Source: Okeania sp. (GTDB lineage Bacteria > Cyanobacteriota > Cyanobacteriia > Cyanobacteriales > Microcoleaceae). Taken from it: a stretch of 32,000 bases of DNA. The notes below the pieces were generated by a model. The model was given only the letters and a program-made list of their open reading frames with translations. It had not been told where the DNA came from and searched no databases. The stretch is from NCBI RefSeq assembly GCF_035285525.1, contig NZ_JAYKGW010000031.1, forward strand, positions 1 to 32,000. The letters run 5' to 3'. Positions 16,794 to 25,541 of the stretch are shown piece by piece. Both the position numbers and the translations under genes were made by a program. Positions within the stretch are counted from its first letter, which is position 1, and every line of letters begins with the position of its first letter.

Positions 16794-18293
16794 TTAGTTT
16801 CTTACTCCTTCCTCCTTCTCCTCTCTTCCTTCTTCCTTCCTCACCAAAAATGTCGCACACTCAACATGAGAAGTTTGAGGAAAAAAGTCTGCTGGTTGTA
16901 TTTTCTGCAAATAATATTCACCAGTTCCACAGAGAAATTTTAAATCACGAGCCAAGGTAGCAGGTTTACAACTAATATAAATAATACGCTCTGGTAAAAT
17001 TTCTAATAATGTCTCTAAAACTGAGCGATCGCAACCTTTCCTCGGTGGATCTAATAAAACTACATTTGGTTTAACTTCCAACTGAGGCAACAACTTCTCA
17101 ACTTTTCCTACATAAAAATCTACGTTTTTCAAATTATTAATTTCGGCATTAAATCTAGCTTGTTCGATAGCAACTGGTTGTACTTCTAAACCAATAACCG
17201 AACTTTTTATATCTCCTATTTCCAGAAAATTATTATCACTAATATCCTGTAAATATTTTGCCAAAGGTAAAGTAAAAGTACCAACTCCACAATAAGCATC
17301 AACAATAATTTCTGAACCACTCAAAACCAAATTTTCAAGAATAACCTCCATTAATTTTTCTGCTGCTTTTGTATTTACCTGAAAAAAGGTATCAGCAGTT
17401 AATTGAAAATTTAAACCTCCAAACTTTTCCTCCAGATAAAACCGACCAGCAATACCAACAGTTTCCTTTCCAAAAATAGTATTTCCTGGTTGAGAATTAT
17501 AGTTCAAACAAACACCCACTAACTGAGAATAATTTGACAACCATTTTTCAGCTTCAACTTTAATACCAGGCAATAACTTTTCTGTATTTTCCTTACTCCC
17601 ATTAACCACCAAAGTTAATAAAATTTCCCCCGTTTTTTCTCCTATCCTCAAAGATAAATGACGTAAAATTCCTATATGTTTTTGTTCATCATATATTTCC
17701 CATCCTTGCCTACCAATATCCTCCTTAATTTCTTTAAGTAAAAGATTTAAACGTTCATCTTGAATCGGACATTGATTCAAATTAATTAACTTATGACTAC
17801 CCTTCTGATAATATCCCGCCTTAACTTGACCCGTAGTAGAAATACCCAGAGGATATGTCACCTTATTACGATATCCAAAAGGCGATGGAGATGGTAAAAT
17901 AGACCCCACCTTCGGTAACTCTAATCCGCCAATTCTTTCTAAAGCTTGAATCACCTGATTTTGTTTAGCTTCAAGCTGATACTCATAACTAATATGTTGC
18001 CATTGACACCCACCACATTTGTCCGCCACAATACAATGAGGCTTAATCCGCTCGTCAGATTTTTCCAAAAGCTTCTGTAATTTTCCATAAGCATATTTAG
18101 ATTTGACAATTGTCAGACGAGCTACGAGGCGATCGCCAGGAACTGTATCCGGGACAAATACCACTTTTTGGTCATAACGACCCACTCCATCACCATTATC
18201 TGTTAAATCTGTGATAGTTATTTCTACTAGCTGACCTTGTTGCCAAACTAAATTGGCCGATTTTTGCTGGTTGATGTCCACTAACTTCTTCAT
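16794..18293 (-). CDS. rlmD: 23S rRNA (uracil-C5)-methyltransferase RlmD/RumA family
   Basis: It has a TRAM-like N-terminus, the Fe-S cysteine cluster CIVADKCGGCQWQH, the SAM motif VDAYCGVGTF, and the catalytic region YISCKPATLARD. The last ~15 aa (KEEGREEKEEGVRN) come from a purine-rich repeat. Confidence 0.88.
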   Translation of the reverse strand: MKKLVDINQQKSANLVWQQGQLVEITITDLTDNGDGVGRYDQKVVFVPDTVPGDRLVARLTIVKSKYAYGKLQKLLEKSDERIKPHCIVADKCGGCQWQHISYEYQLEAKQNQVIQALERIGGLELPKVGSILPSPSPFGYRNKVTYPLGISTTGQVKAGYYQKGSHKLINLNQCPIQDERLNLLLKEIKEDIGRQGWEIYDEQKHIGILRHLSLRIGEKTGEILLTLVVNGSKENTEKLLPGIKVEAEKWLSNYSQLVGVCLNYNSQPGNTIFGKETVGIAGRFYLEEKFGGLNFQLTADTFFQVNTKAAEKLMEVILENLVLSGSEIIVDAYCGVGTFTLPLAKYLQDISDNNFLEIGDIKSSVIGLEVQPVAIEQARFNAEINNLKNVDFYVGKVEKLLPQLEVKPNVVLLDPPRKGCDRSVLETLLEILPERIIYISCKPATLARDLKFLCGTGEYYLQKIQPADFFPQTSHVECATFLVRKEEGREEKEEGVRN

Positions 18294-18361
18294 AAAATTT
18301 GATGACCAGGAAAGACGTAAATAGCTAAAATAAAATATTATTCAGTAAATTTTCCATAATT

Positions 18362-18847
18362 ATGAGTGTAGTTAGTCAAGTTATTCTCAAAGCAGACGAT
18401 GAATTACGTTACCCCAGCAGTGGGGAACTTCAATCCATAAATACTTTTTTGAAAACAGGTGAGCAGCGTGTCAATATCGCTAGGGTGCTTTCTGAAAATG
18501 AAAAGAAAATTGTGGAGAAAGCTAGTAAAGAGTTATGGCGTAGACGTCCAGACTTCATTGCTCCTGGAGGTAACGCCTTTGGTCAACGTGAGCGTGCCTT
18601 ATGTCTCCGGGACTATGGTTGGTACTTACGTTTAATTACCTACGGGATATTAGCTGGAGATAAAGACCCTATTGAAAGTATTGGTTTGATTGGGGTTCGG
18701 GAAATGTATAATTCCTTGGGTGTACCTGTTCCAGGAATGGTAGAGTCAATTCGTTGTTTAAAGGAAGCAAGTTTGGCTTTACTTGATCAAGAGGATGCTA
18801 AGGAAACTGCTCCTTACTTTGACTTTATTATTCAAGCAATGTCCTAA
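18362..18847 (+). CDS. apcD: Allophycocyanin alpha-B subunit (AP-B)
   Basis: The length is 161 aa. The N-terminus [23 protein letters not shown] and ...[18 protein letters not shown]...[16 protein letters not shown] match ApcD rather than ApcA. Confidence 0.9.
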   Translation: MSVVSQVILKADDELRYPSSGELQSINTFLKTGEQRVNIARVLSENEKKIVEKASKELWRRRPDFIAPGGNAFGQRERALCLRDYGWYLRLITYGILAGDKDPIESIGLIGVREMYNSLGVPVPGMVESIRCLKEASLALLDQEDAKETAPYFDFIIQAMS

Positions 18848-18892
18848 TGGTTAATTAATAATTAATAATTGATAATGAATAATTAATCTATC

Positions 18893-19381
18893 GTAGGGTG
18901 GTAAATGTTTGGTGGGTGCGGGTTTAGCTAACTTTATGTAAAAACTCGTTAACTAACTGGTGAAACCCGCCCCTACTTTTGATAAAAAATACTGTAGGGG
19001 CGGGTTTGAACAGAAATTTTCCGGTTTCATCTCAGACTTACCTAAACCCGCCCTCTTTTCTACCACATCAAAATATGTTATGAACGGGTAAATGTGGGGT
19101 GCGGGTTTAGCTAACTTTATGTAAAAACTCGTTAACTAACTGGTGAAACCCCCCTCTTTTCTAAAACATCAAAATATGTTATGAACGGGTAAATTTGGGG
19201 GGCGGGTTTAGCTAACTTTATGTAAAAACTCGTTAACTAACTGGTGAAACCCGCCCTCTTTTCTAAAACATCAAAATATGTTATGAACGGGTAAATGTGG
19301 AGGGTGCGGGTTTAGCTAACTTTATGTAAAAACTCGTTAACTAACTGGTGAAACCCGCCCCTACTTTTGATAAAAATACTG
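18893..19381 (+). repeat. Tandem array: four copies of a 53-nt imperfect-hairpin core (starts at 18918, 19101, 19202 and 19306; spacing 101-104 bp for the last three) plus one variant hairpin (18994-19055)
   Basis: The core is gcgggtttagctaactttatgtaaaaactcgttaactaactggtgaaacccgcc. Two alternating tails follow it: cctacttttgataaaaatactg, or ctcttttctaaaacatcaaaatatgttatgaacgggtaaatgtgg. Confidence 0.9.
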
Positions 19382-20323
19382 TTAAACATTCTCCAAAATA
19401 CCACCAGCGATCGCTCCTAAAATTAATACCCCAAAAGCTAATCTATACCAAACAAATATCCAAGTATTTCGGGTTTGTAAATATTTAATCAACCAAGCAA
19501 TAGCTACATAAGAAAAAAATATAGCAGAAATAATACCAGCAATAGTCGGAACTAAACCTACACCTCCAAACCCTTCATCCAAGAGAGTTTTCAATTCCAC
19601 TAAACCTGCCAAAGTAATTGCTGGAAGACCCAATAAAAAAGAAAATCTGGCCGCCGTCGCTCTTTCTAATCCCATAAACAAACCACCCGTAATAGTTGAG
19701 CCAGAGCGAGATACCCCAGGAACTAATGCCAAAGTTTGGGCTATACCCATCAGGATACCATCCTTAATATCTAATTCTTCAAAATTACGTTTTCGACTGC
19801 CAATTTTTTCAGCAATACCTAATAATAAAGCCATAACTATAGAAGCAATAGCGATCGCTACTGTACTGCGCAGTGGGGAGTTATCAAAATCTGGAATAAA
19901 TATTTTAATTAATAATCCAAAAAATACTATTGGCAAAGTACCAATAGCAATGCCAAGTGCCATTTTAAAATCTGGGGACTGGTAATCAGATTTTAGAAGA
20001 GATTTATAAGCACCAAATGTGATTTTTGTCAAGTCATCCCAAAAATACCACACAACTGAAACAATACTGCCTAATTGAATAACTGCTGTAAAAGCTACAC
20101 CAGGATCTCCCCAACCTAGAGCCACAGGAACCACTTTGAGGTGAGCAGTGCTACTGATAGGTATAAATTCTGTTAATCCTTGTACCATTCCCAGAATAAC
20201 TGCTTGAAAAATGCTTAACTGTTCCGAGGTAGTTATTGGTTGAGATGTTAATGATTGACCAACTTGTGCTAAAGAGATAAAAATTAGAGCGCTGAAAATT
20301 ACTCCACAGAAAAATTTCATCAA
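19382..20323 (-). CDS. uppP: Undecaprenyl-diphosphate phosphatase
   Basis: It is a polytopic membrane protein with the UppP/BacA motifs GLTEFIPISSTAHL and PGVSRSGSTITGG. Confidence 0.9.
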   Translation of the reverse strand: MMKFFCGVIFSALIFISLAQVGQSLTSQPITTSEQLSIFQAVILGMVQGLTEFIPISSTAHLKVVPVALGWGDPGVAFTAVIQLGSIVSVVWYFWDDLTKITFGAYKSLLKSDYQSPDFKMALGIAIGTLPIVFFGLLIKIFIPDFDNSPLRSTVAIAIASIVMALLLGIAEKIGSRKRNFEELDIKDGILMGIAQTLALVPGVSRSGSTITGGLFMGLERATAARFSFLLGLPAITLAGLVELKTLLDEGFGGVGLVPTIAGIISAIFFSYVAIAWLIKYLQTRNTWIFVWYRLAFGVLILGAIAGGILENV

Positions 20324-20365
20324 TGTAGGGTTTTAATAGAATAATGATTGGATTATAGCATTACC

Positions 20366-20548
20366 GTAGGGGTTTGGTCTCCAAACCCTCTACTCCAAAC
20401 CCTCTACTCCAAACCCTCCACTCCAAACCCTCTACTCCAAACCCTCTACTCCAAACCCTCTACTCCAAACCCTCTACTCCAAACCCTCTACTCCAAACCC
20501 TCTACTCCAAACCCTCTACTCCAAACCCTCTACTCCAAACCCTTTACC
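20366..20548. repeat. Hairpin small dispersed repeat (20366-20393) whose right arm is amplified into a 14-bp tandem array (CCAAACCCTCTACT x 11, plus 1 degenerate copy; 20381-20548)
   Basis: Counted directly. Copy 3 has one substitution (ccaaaccctccact) and the last copy is degenerate (ccaaaccctttacc). Confidence 0.95.
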
Positions 20549-20582
20549 AACTAACCATTTCCATCCAAAAACTTCAAAACTT

Positions 20583-22742
20583 TTACCTTTGCAAGAAATC
20601 TATAGCACACTCACCTAATTGTTCTGAATTTCCATATTGTTCTGAATTTCCATCAAAATAATTAACAATATCTAGACGACTTTCTATGTTCAATTTTTGA
20701 ATCCAACCTCTATCTTTTGGCTGTAAATAATCAATAACTTCTTGCTCGCTATTTAATGATTCTGTAACTGAGCAGACCTCTAATTCTAACCAAGCTTCTT
20801 CAGACTGAATAATTTTTCTCGTTACTTTTAGGATACTACCTTGAGAAACTATACCTTTAATAATATTTCCTCTGGTATTAGTTCGTAACTTAATCGGTTT
20901 ATTTAAGTTTAACTTATTTGCTGAAGAATTGCGATCGCCAATCAATATGAATGAATTTACATCTAAAGATAAACTCTTAGAAGATGTAGATGTAGGACTT
21001 GGTAAGAAATCAGGTTTTTCTTTCCTATTCTCAACATTATCAGAAATGTTTTGTCTTGGTGCTATAACTTCGATTAAATCTTTGACTATAGGACTTAGCA
21101 AAAATACCAATACTCCACCTAATCCCAGAAGGATAAAAATTCCTAAAAGATAAAACCACCGATTTTTAGATTCTAAGTCAAACATAACAGTTTGATTTTT
21201 AGACTCAATAGATAGTTTTTTTAACTGTGCAGACTTAATCTCTATAGGTGGGAGTGATAGCTCTGTTGCCTGACTTCTAGCAGTAACCCGATAATGCAAT
21301 AAACCTACTGTCACATTATCATGCCCATTTTTGCTATTAGCAATTTTAATTAATCTATCCCTAACCGTAGCTAAATCAACCTTTCCATAAAATAATGGCA
21401 ATATTTCTGTTTGCCAACATTCTTCTACCCTATTTTTATCACTTAAACCATCAGAACAGATCAAGAAAATACTATCCTCATCTATCGGAAAACGTTGCAC
21501 TGTAGGATATAGACTCATGGAGTTAGTAATACCCAAAGCTTGCGTTAAAGCACCTGATGCAACTTGTTGAATGGCATCATTATATAGAGAATAACCTAAC
21601 CTAACTTGACGACTAGCAATATCGTCATCTACAGTAACTTGATAACATCTGTTGGGAGTAATCCAATAAGCACGACTATCTCCTATATGACTAATGTAGA
21701 GTTCATGCAAATTCGCAAGTGCCATCACTAAAGTAGTTCCCATCCGCTGACGACCTTGGCGTTGCTCATTATCATTTTGATCGCAAATAGCATCATTAGC
21801 CATACAAACAAATTCTTCTAACTTCGTACTGATAGTTACAGAATCTTCATTTTTAGGAATCTTTTCCAATTGTTCAGACAAAACTTGAATTGCTAACTGA
21901 GAAGCTCTTTCGCCCCCATCTTGACCACCAACACCATCACATACAATGGCTACAGTATTAGAACTAGGTGGATAACTAATCAGTGTTTTACTAGGTGGAA
22001 AACAAGCGTCTTCATTGTGATCACGACTTGGTCCAGTATCTGTAGCAGTAGTAATATGAATGCTCCGAACCTGGGATCGCCCCAATGCTTGTAAGGCGTT
22101 ATCTAACTGTGTTATTAATAAATCAGCATTTTCTACTTCACCTGTCATCATTTGCTCGGACAGTTGTTTCAAAAATTTTGCTACTCCTGGTTGAGCATTC
22201 TTCACCCATTTCTGCCATAATCGACCCAAATGCTGCAATGTCACAGGTTTTTTATCTGGCTGTAGTTCCAATAAACGTACTAACTGCCCTTCTACTCGCA
22301 GATTTTCTGGATTTAGTAAACTAGAACCTACTTGTTGTACAATTAAAGGTTGCCAAAGTTGAGCTATTTGCCACAACCAGTTTAGCTGTCGCATCGGTGT
22401 AGCATTTGCCCATACTGTAGTTATTTGTGGCATCAAGCTAGCTGTTTCTAGATTTATTGGTCCCCCTTCTAACAGCCAAATTTTTTTGGCCTTTTGGTTG
22501 GATGGTAAGGAAACCAGTCCAAAAACTTGAGGAATATGAAGTCGATAGGAAAATAATTTTAGATATGGCCTTATTTTACCCGGAATTTCTTGAGGCATTT
22601 CGGGCATTTTTTGTGGTTGAGTATCAAGTAATATCTTACTCTGCTCAACTTGATAGCGATCTGCTATTATTTGTCCTGGCCGATAGGTTTTGATTCCTTC
22701 ACCTATAGCCCATAGGTAGTGTTTTGGCATAGTGCTTGGCAT
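20583..22742 (-). CDS. Membrane-anchored PP2C (PPM) family Ser/Thr phosphatase with a large N-terminal domain and a C-terminal extracytoplasmic domain
   Basis: The PPM motifs are RDHNEDACF, VCDGVGGQDGGERAS, GTTLVMA, LICSDGLSD and NGHDNVTVGL. A single TM helix, WFYLLGIFILLGLGGVLVFLL, follows the phosphatase domain. Confidence 0.8.
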   Translation of the reverse strand: MPSTMPKHYLWAIGEGIKTYRPGQIIADRYQVEQSKILLDTQPQKMPEMPQEIPGKIRPYLKLFSYRLHIPQVFGLVSLPSNQKAKKIWLLEGGPINLETASLMPQITTVWANATPMRQLNWLWQIAQLWQPLIVQQVGSSLLNPENLRVEGQLVRLLELQPDKKPVTLQHLGRLWQKWVKNAQPGVAKFLKQLSEQMMTGEVENADLLITQLDNALQALGRSQVRSIHITTATDTGPSRDHNEDACFPPSKTLISYPPSSNTVAIVCDGVGGQDGGERASQLAIQVLSEQLEKIPKNEDSVTISTKLEEFVCMANDAICDQNDNEQRQGRQRMGTTLVMALANLHELYISHIGDSRAYWITPNRCYQVTVDDDIASRQVRLGYSLYNDAIQQVASGALTQALGITNSMSLYPTVQRFPIDEDSIFLICSDGLSDKNRVEECWQTEILPLFYGKVDLATVRDRLIKIANSKNGHDNVTVGLLHYRVTARSQATELSLPPIEIKSAQLKKLSIESKNQTVMFDLESKNRWFYLLGIFILLGLGGVLVFLLSPIVKDLIEVIAPRQNISDNVENRKEKPDFLPSPTSTSSKSLSLDVNSFILIGDRNSSANKLNLNKPIKLRTNTRGNIIKGIVSQGSILKVTRKIIQSEEAWLELEVCSVTESLNSEQEVIDYLQPKDRGWIQKLNIESRLDIVNYFDGNSEQYGNSEQLGECAIDFLQR

Positions 22743-22759
22743 CTGGAATACTCACCACT

Positions 22760-22885
22760 TTCGGCCATTTCCGTGATTAGTTTTTTCAGGGAACAGGGAA
22801 CAGGTATGGAGGGAACAGGGAGCAGAAAAGAAGAAAAACAACTGTGCTAGTTATTATAAATTTAATCAGCCAGCCCTAATTATTA
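22760..22885 (-). mobile_element. Truncated copy of the ~250-bp element (left end only) plus GGGAACAGG-type small repeats, immediately upstream of the PP2C gene
   Basis: The reverse complement of 22862-22885 is aattagggctggctgattaaatt, identical to the left end of copy F. gggaacagggaacaggtatggagggaacagg lies at 22789-22820. Confidence 0.55.
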
Positions 22886-22896
22886 ACTATTAACTA

Positions 22897-23241
22897 TTAA
22901 TTATCGACATCTACTCTAGGTAATCCTAGACTATAATTATTAACACGACTACCAAGATTATAACTAATTTGACCTAATTGTAGTAATGAACGGACAAAAT
23001 GTTCTAAATCGGAACCTATACAGCGAAGGTTATATTCAGTTAAGTCTGACCCATTGTAAGATTCTACCAATTCGTCAAACTTCCGGTAAACCTGCTGCAC
23101 CGCATTATCATTCCAGTTAAGTTCATTATCAGGGTCAATATCTAAAGTTAATACTTTGTCATCTGGAACAAGTTCATTATTTTCCACTATTCCGGCAAAA
23201 ATACGAATATGTCTAGTTGTTGACTTTAATAGCAATAGCAT
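22897..23241 (-). CDS. ndhM: NAD(P)H-quinone oxidoreductase (NDH-1) subunit M
   Basis: LKSTTRHIRIF...LTLDIDPDNELNW...VYRKFDELVESY.G.DLTEYNLR.IGSDLEHF.RSLLQ.G.ISYNL.SRV.NYS.GLPRV is the NdhM pattern. Confidence 0.88.
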   Translation of the reverse strand: MLLLLKSTTRHIRIFAGIVENNELVPDDKVLTLDIDPDNELNWNDNAVQQVYRKFDELVESYNGSDLTEYNLRCIGSDLEHFVRSLLQLGQISYNLGSRVNNYSLGLPRVDVDN

Positions 23242-23463
23242 AATTAATTCTCTCTGGTGTCACTTTTTGTTAAATTTTATCTTAACTGTTGTCCTAGTAA
23301 GGGTATATTATAACTACTATTCCAGATTTATAGCGGAAGGCATCAGGAAAAATCTTCCTTTGTTTGGCTTTTATGCTTTTGATGGGTTCTAACCTTTGCT
23401 TCGACTACTATATTAACTAATTCTTAAGTTCTGGCCTATTTTTTCTGTGGCTAAAAGAAACAT

Positions 23464-25341
23464 TCACTTCCATTCTGGTCCTGTCAACTTACCTCGTAAT
23501 TGCCATTTACCTAAATTAGGGTCATCAACTTCTAATAGTCCACTATACAACTGTTGCTTGGCATAAGGACTATCCAAAACAGGCCAATTTTTTAAAATTC
23601 TTTTCTCTCCATTAATCACAGCATTTCCAATAGCACCATCCTGCTGATAAGTCATTACTATGCGATCGCCTGCTAAACTCAAATAACTCAAACGCCCCTT
23701 ACTATTCCATTTTCTATCATCAACTTTAGTCTTATCCAACGCCTGTTTCAAACTTTTCAAGTCCTTAATATCAGCCACCCTTGCCACATCAGTTATCCAA
23801 GCTGTTTTTCTACCCTTGGCCACCATTCCTTGATAATCTGGATATTGCCGAGAAACAGGTATCTGAAAACTTAATTCATCTGCCCAATATCTAGCACATA
23901 ACCAAATATTTTCCATCCGCCAAATGTACCAATTTTTATATTTTGTCGGTTCACCATAACGTTGTGGCCAGACTAAATGAGATTGGGCAGGTACTCCGGC
24001 CTGCAAATCTCGATCATTGAGAATCAACTGAAAAATTACAGCCCCTTTTTCCTGAACATATTGGTCTCCGGGACTACGACCAGTTGCCTGCGCTCCATGA
24101 TAAGTACCTGCTAAATTGACCACTCCATTATTAATCCCATTTGGGTCGCGCACCACTAACTTATAAGTAGCATACTGTGCCCTAATAGTACCTTCAACTT
24201 GATAACTGCGGGTAGGATCTAATAAAGTTCCTAAACTATAATCTTTGGTTATATAAAAAGTCTCCCATAAATTATTTCCTTGAGAATAAGTATAGTAAAT
24301 TGGATGACTTGCCTGTAGTCTAAATGGTAATGGTACTTGCTTACGAGCTAATGCCCGTAAATATTCTGGGGGACGATAGGTACTAAGAGCGGGTGCCAAT
24401 GCTAACCTCATGCTACTTTGTCCCATTTTTTCTAATGCTTCAGTTCCATCTCCCCACCACATCCAAGCTACTGCACTTAACCCACTATTCCAGGTATTGC
24501 GGTCGAAGCCTCTACTTTCAGCACTTCCAGCAGTTCCCCAACTGAGTCTTAATGCCATATTAGTTGCATACCAATCTAGCAAACCTTTGGCTAATTTTTT
24601 TAACTCTGGGTCACGAGCAAAATCGTAGAGATTGAGCAATGCACCGATACTATATCCATAATAAGTAGAAGAATGAAACTCTCCTTGTCCAATAGTTAAA
24701 AATTTATTCAGTTCACTTCGTAACCATGCCTCATTTGTAGCTTCACTTGCGGGATCTCCTACAGACCAACCACTACCATTCATCAATGCTAAACCAGATG
24801 CACGCTGCATAAACATATGATTTTCTGTGCCAGTTTTTGTCCAATTTCGGACTTTCGGTAGTTGTAGTTGATTTTGGTAAGATGTTAATATTTCTGACGG
24901 CATTTGGTCTCGAAATAAAAAGAAAATTCGCACATCTAAATAACTACGAAAGTGATAAAAACTTGGTTTATCTTTATCAAGTTGTAGCCAAATTTTCCAA
25001 GTTTCTTCTTGGTTATAAAATTTGCCTGTTGGTTCATTTTCTAAACTTAATCTAGCTAAAATTACTGGGAGTAAATATTTATGAGGATCTCCTATTTTTC
25101 TTTCCCTCCACCAACTATCTAATTCTTCTAAATCTATGGCTGCTATTTGCTGACGAACTGCTAAACTTCTCTCTTGAAATTTCTTTTTTTCTTCCCCTGT
25201 TTTTTGTGCTAAAATTGTTGTTATTTTTCTATTTTCTGCTAATTTTATTTGATTCTTTTTTTGACATCCAGATATTATTAATAATGATAATATAATTACA
25301 AATATTGCTAGGAATTTATAAGATATTTGCTGAAATTTCAT
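23464..25341 (-). CDS. Large lipoprotein of unknown function (625 aa)
   Basis: The signal peptide has the lipobox LLIISG-C. The mature part is W/Y-rich. A polysaccharide-lyase or heparinase-like fold is only a guess, based on TGTENHMFMQRASGLAL. Confidence 0.65.
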   Translation of the reverse strand: MKFQQISYKFLAIFVIILSLLIISGCQKKNQIKLAENRKITTILAQKTGEEKKKFQERSLAVRQQIAAIDLEELDSWWRERKIGDPHKYLLPVILARLSLENEPTGKFYNQEETWKIWLQLDKDKPSFYHFRSYLDVRIFFLFRDQMPSEILTSYQNQLQLPKVRNWTKTGTENHMFMQRASGLALMNGSGWSVGDPASEATNEAWLRSELNKFLTIGQGEFHSSTYYGYSIGALLNLYDFARDPELKKLAKGLLDWYATNMALRLSWGTAGSAESRGFDRNTWNSGLSAVAWMWWGDGTEALEKMGQSSMRLALAPALSTYRPPEYLRALARKQVPLPFRLQASHPIYYTYSQGNNLWETFYITKDYSLGTLLDPTRSYQVEGTIRAQYATYKLVVRDPNGINNGVVNLAGTYHGAQATGRSPGDQYVQEKGAVIFQLILNDRDLQAGVPAQSHLVWPQRYGEPTKYKNWYIWRMENIWLCARYWADELSFQIPVSRQYPDYQGMVAKGRKTAWITDVARVADIKDLKSLKQALDKTKVDDRKWNSKGRLSYLSLAGDRIVMTYQQDGAIGNAVINGEKRILKNWPVLDSPYAKQQLYSGLLEVDDPNLGKWQLRGKLTGPEWK

Positions 25342-25541
25342 ATTTTTAAGTTATTGGAATTTTTTCTATAATGGTGATAATTATAAGGTAGTGCTTTAGT
25401 TACTAAAAAACATAATTGGGTACATCTCATACTTATAGCCATAAGAAATCATTCGTCAGAAAAAACTGTAGGGGTTTGGTCTCCAAATCCCTTGGCGCTT
25501 TGCTTTGGAAAGCAAAACCCTACCATAAAATCTTACAATTT

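Noticed and set aside
18893-19381. Possible CRISPR array, given the regularly spaced repeats
   Set aside because: The sequences between the cores are as conserved as the cores themselves, so there are no unique spacers. The period of ~101-104 bp and the 53-nt imperfect-hairpin core do not fit CRISPR geometry, and there are no cas genes in the window.
18893-19381. Direct identification of the tandem array as NsiR1
   Set aside because: Only the architecture is similar. I cannot match the sequence from memory, hetF is not adjacent, and the heterocyst-type TCCGGA motif appears (as tccgg) only in the single variant unit.
20348-20661. ORFs 20348-20554 and 20374-20661 encoding PNPLLQTLYSKPST repeats
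   Set aside because: They are produced by a 14-bp tandem repeat that keeps all frames open (42-bp peptide period). They overlap each other and have no start context or coding signature.
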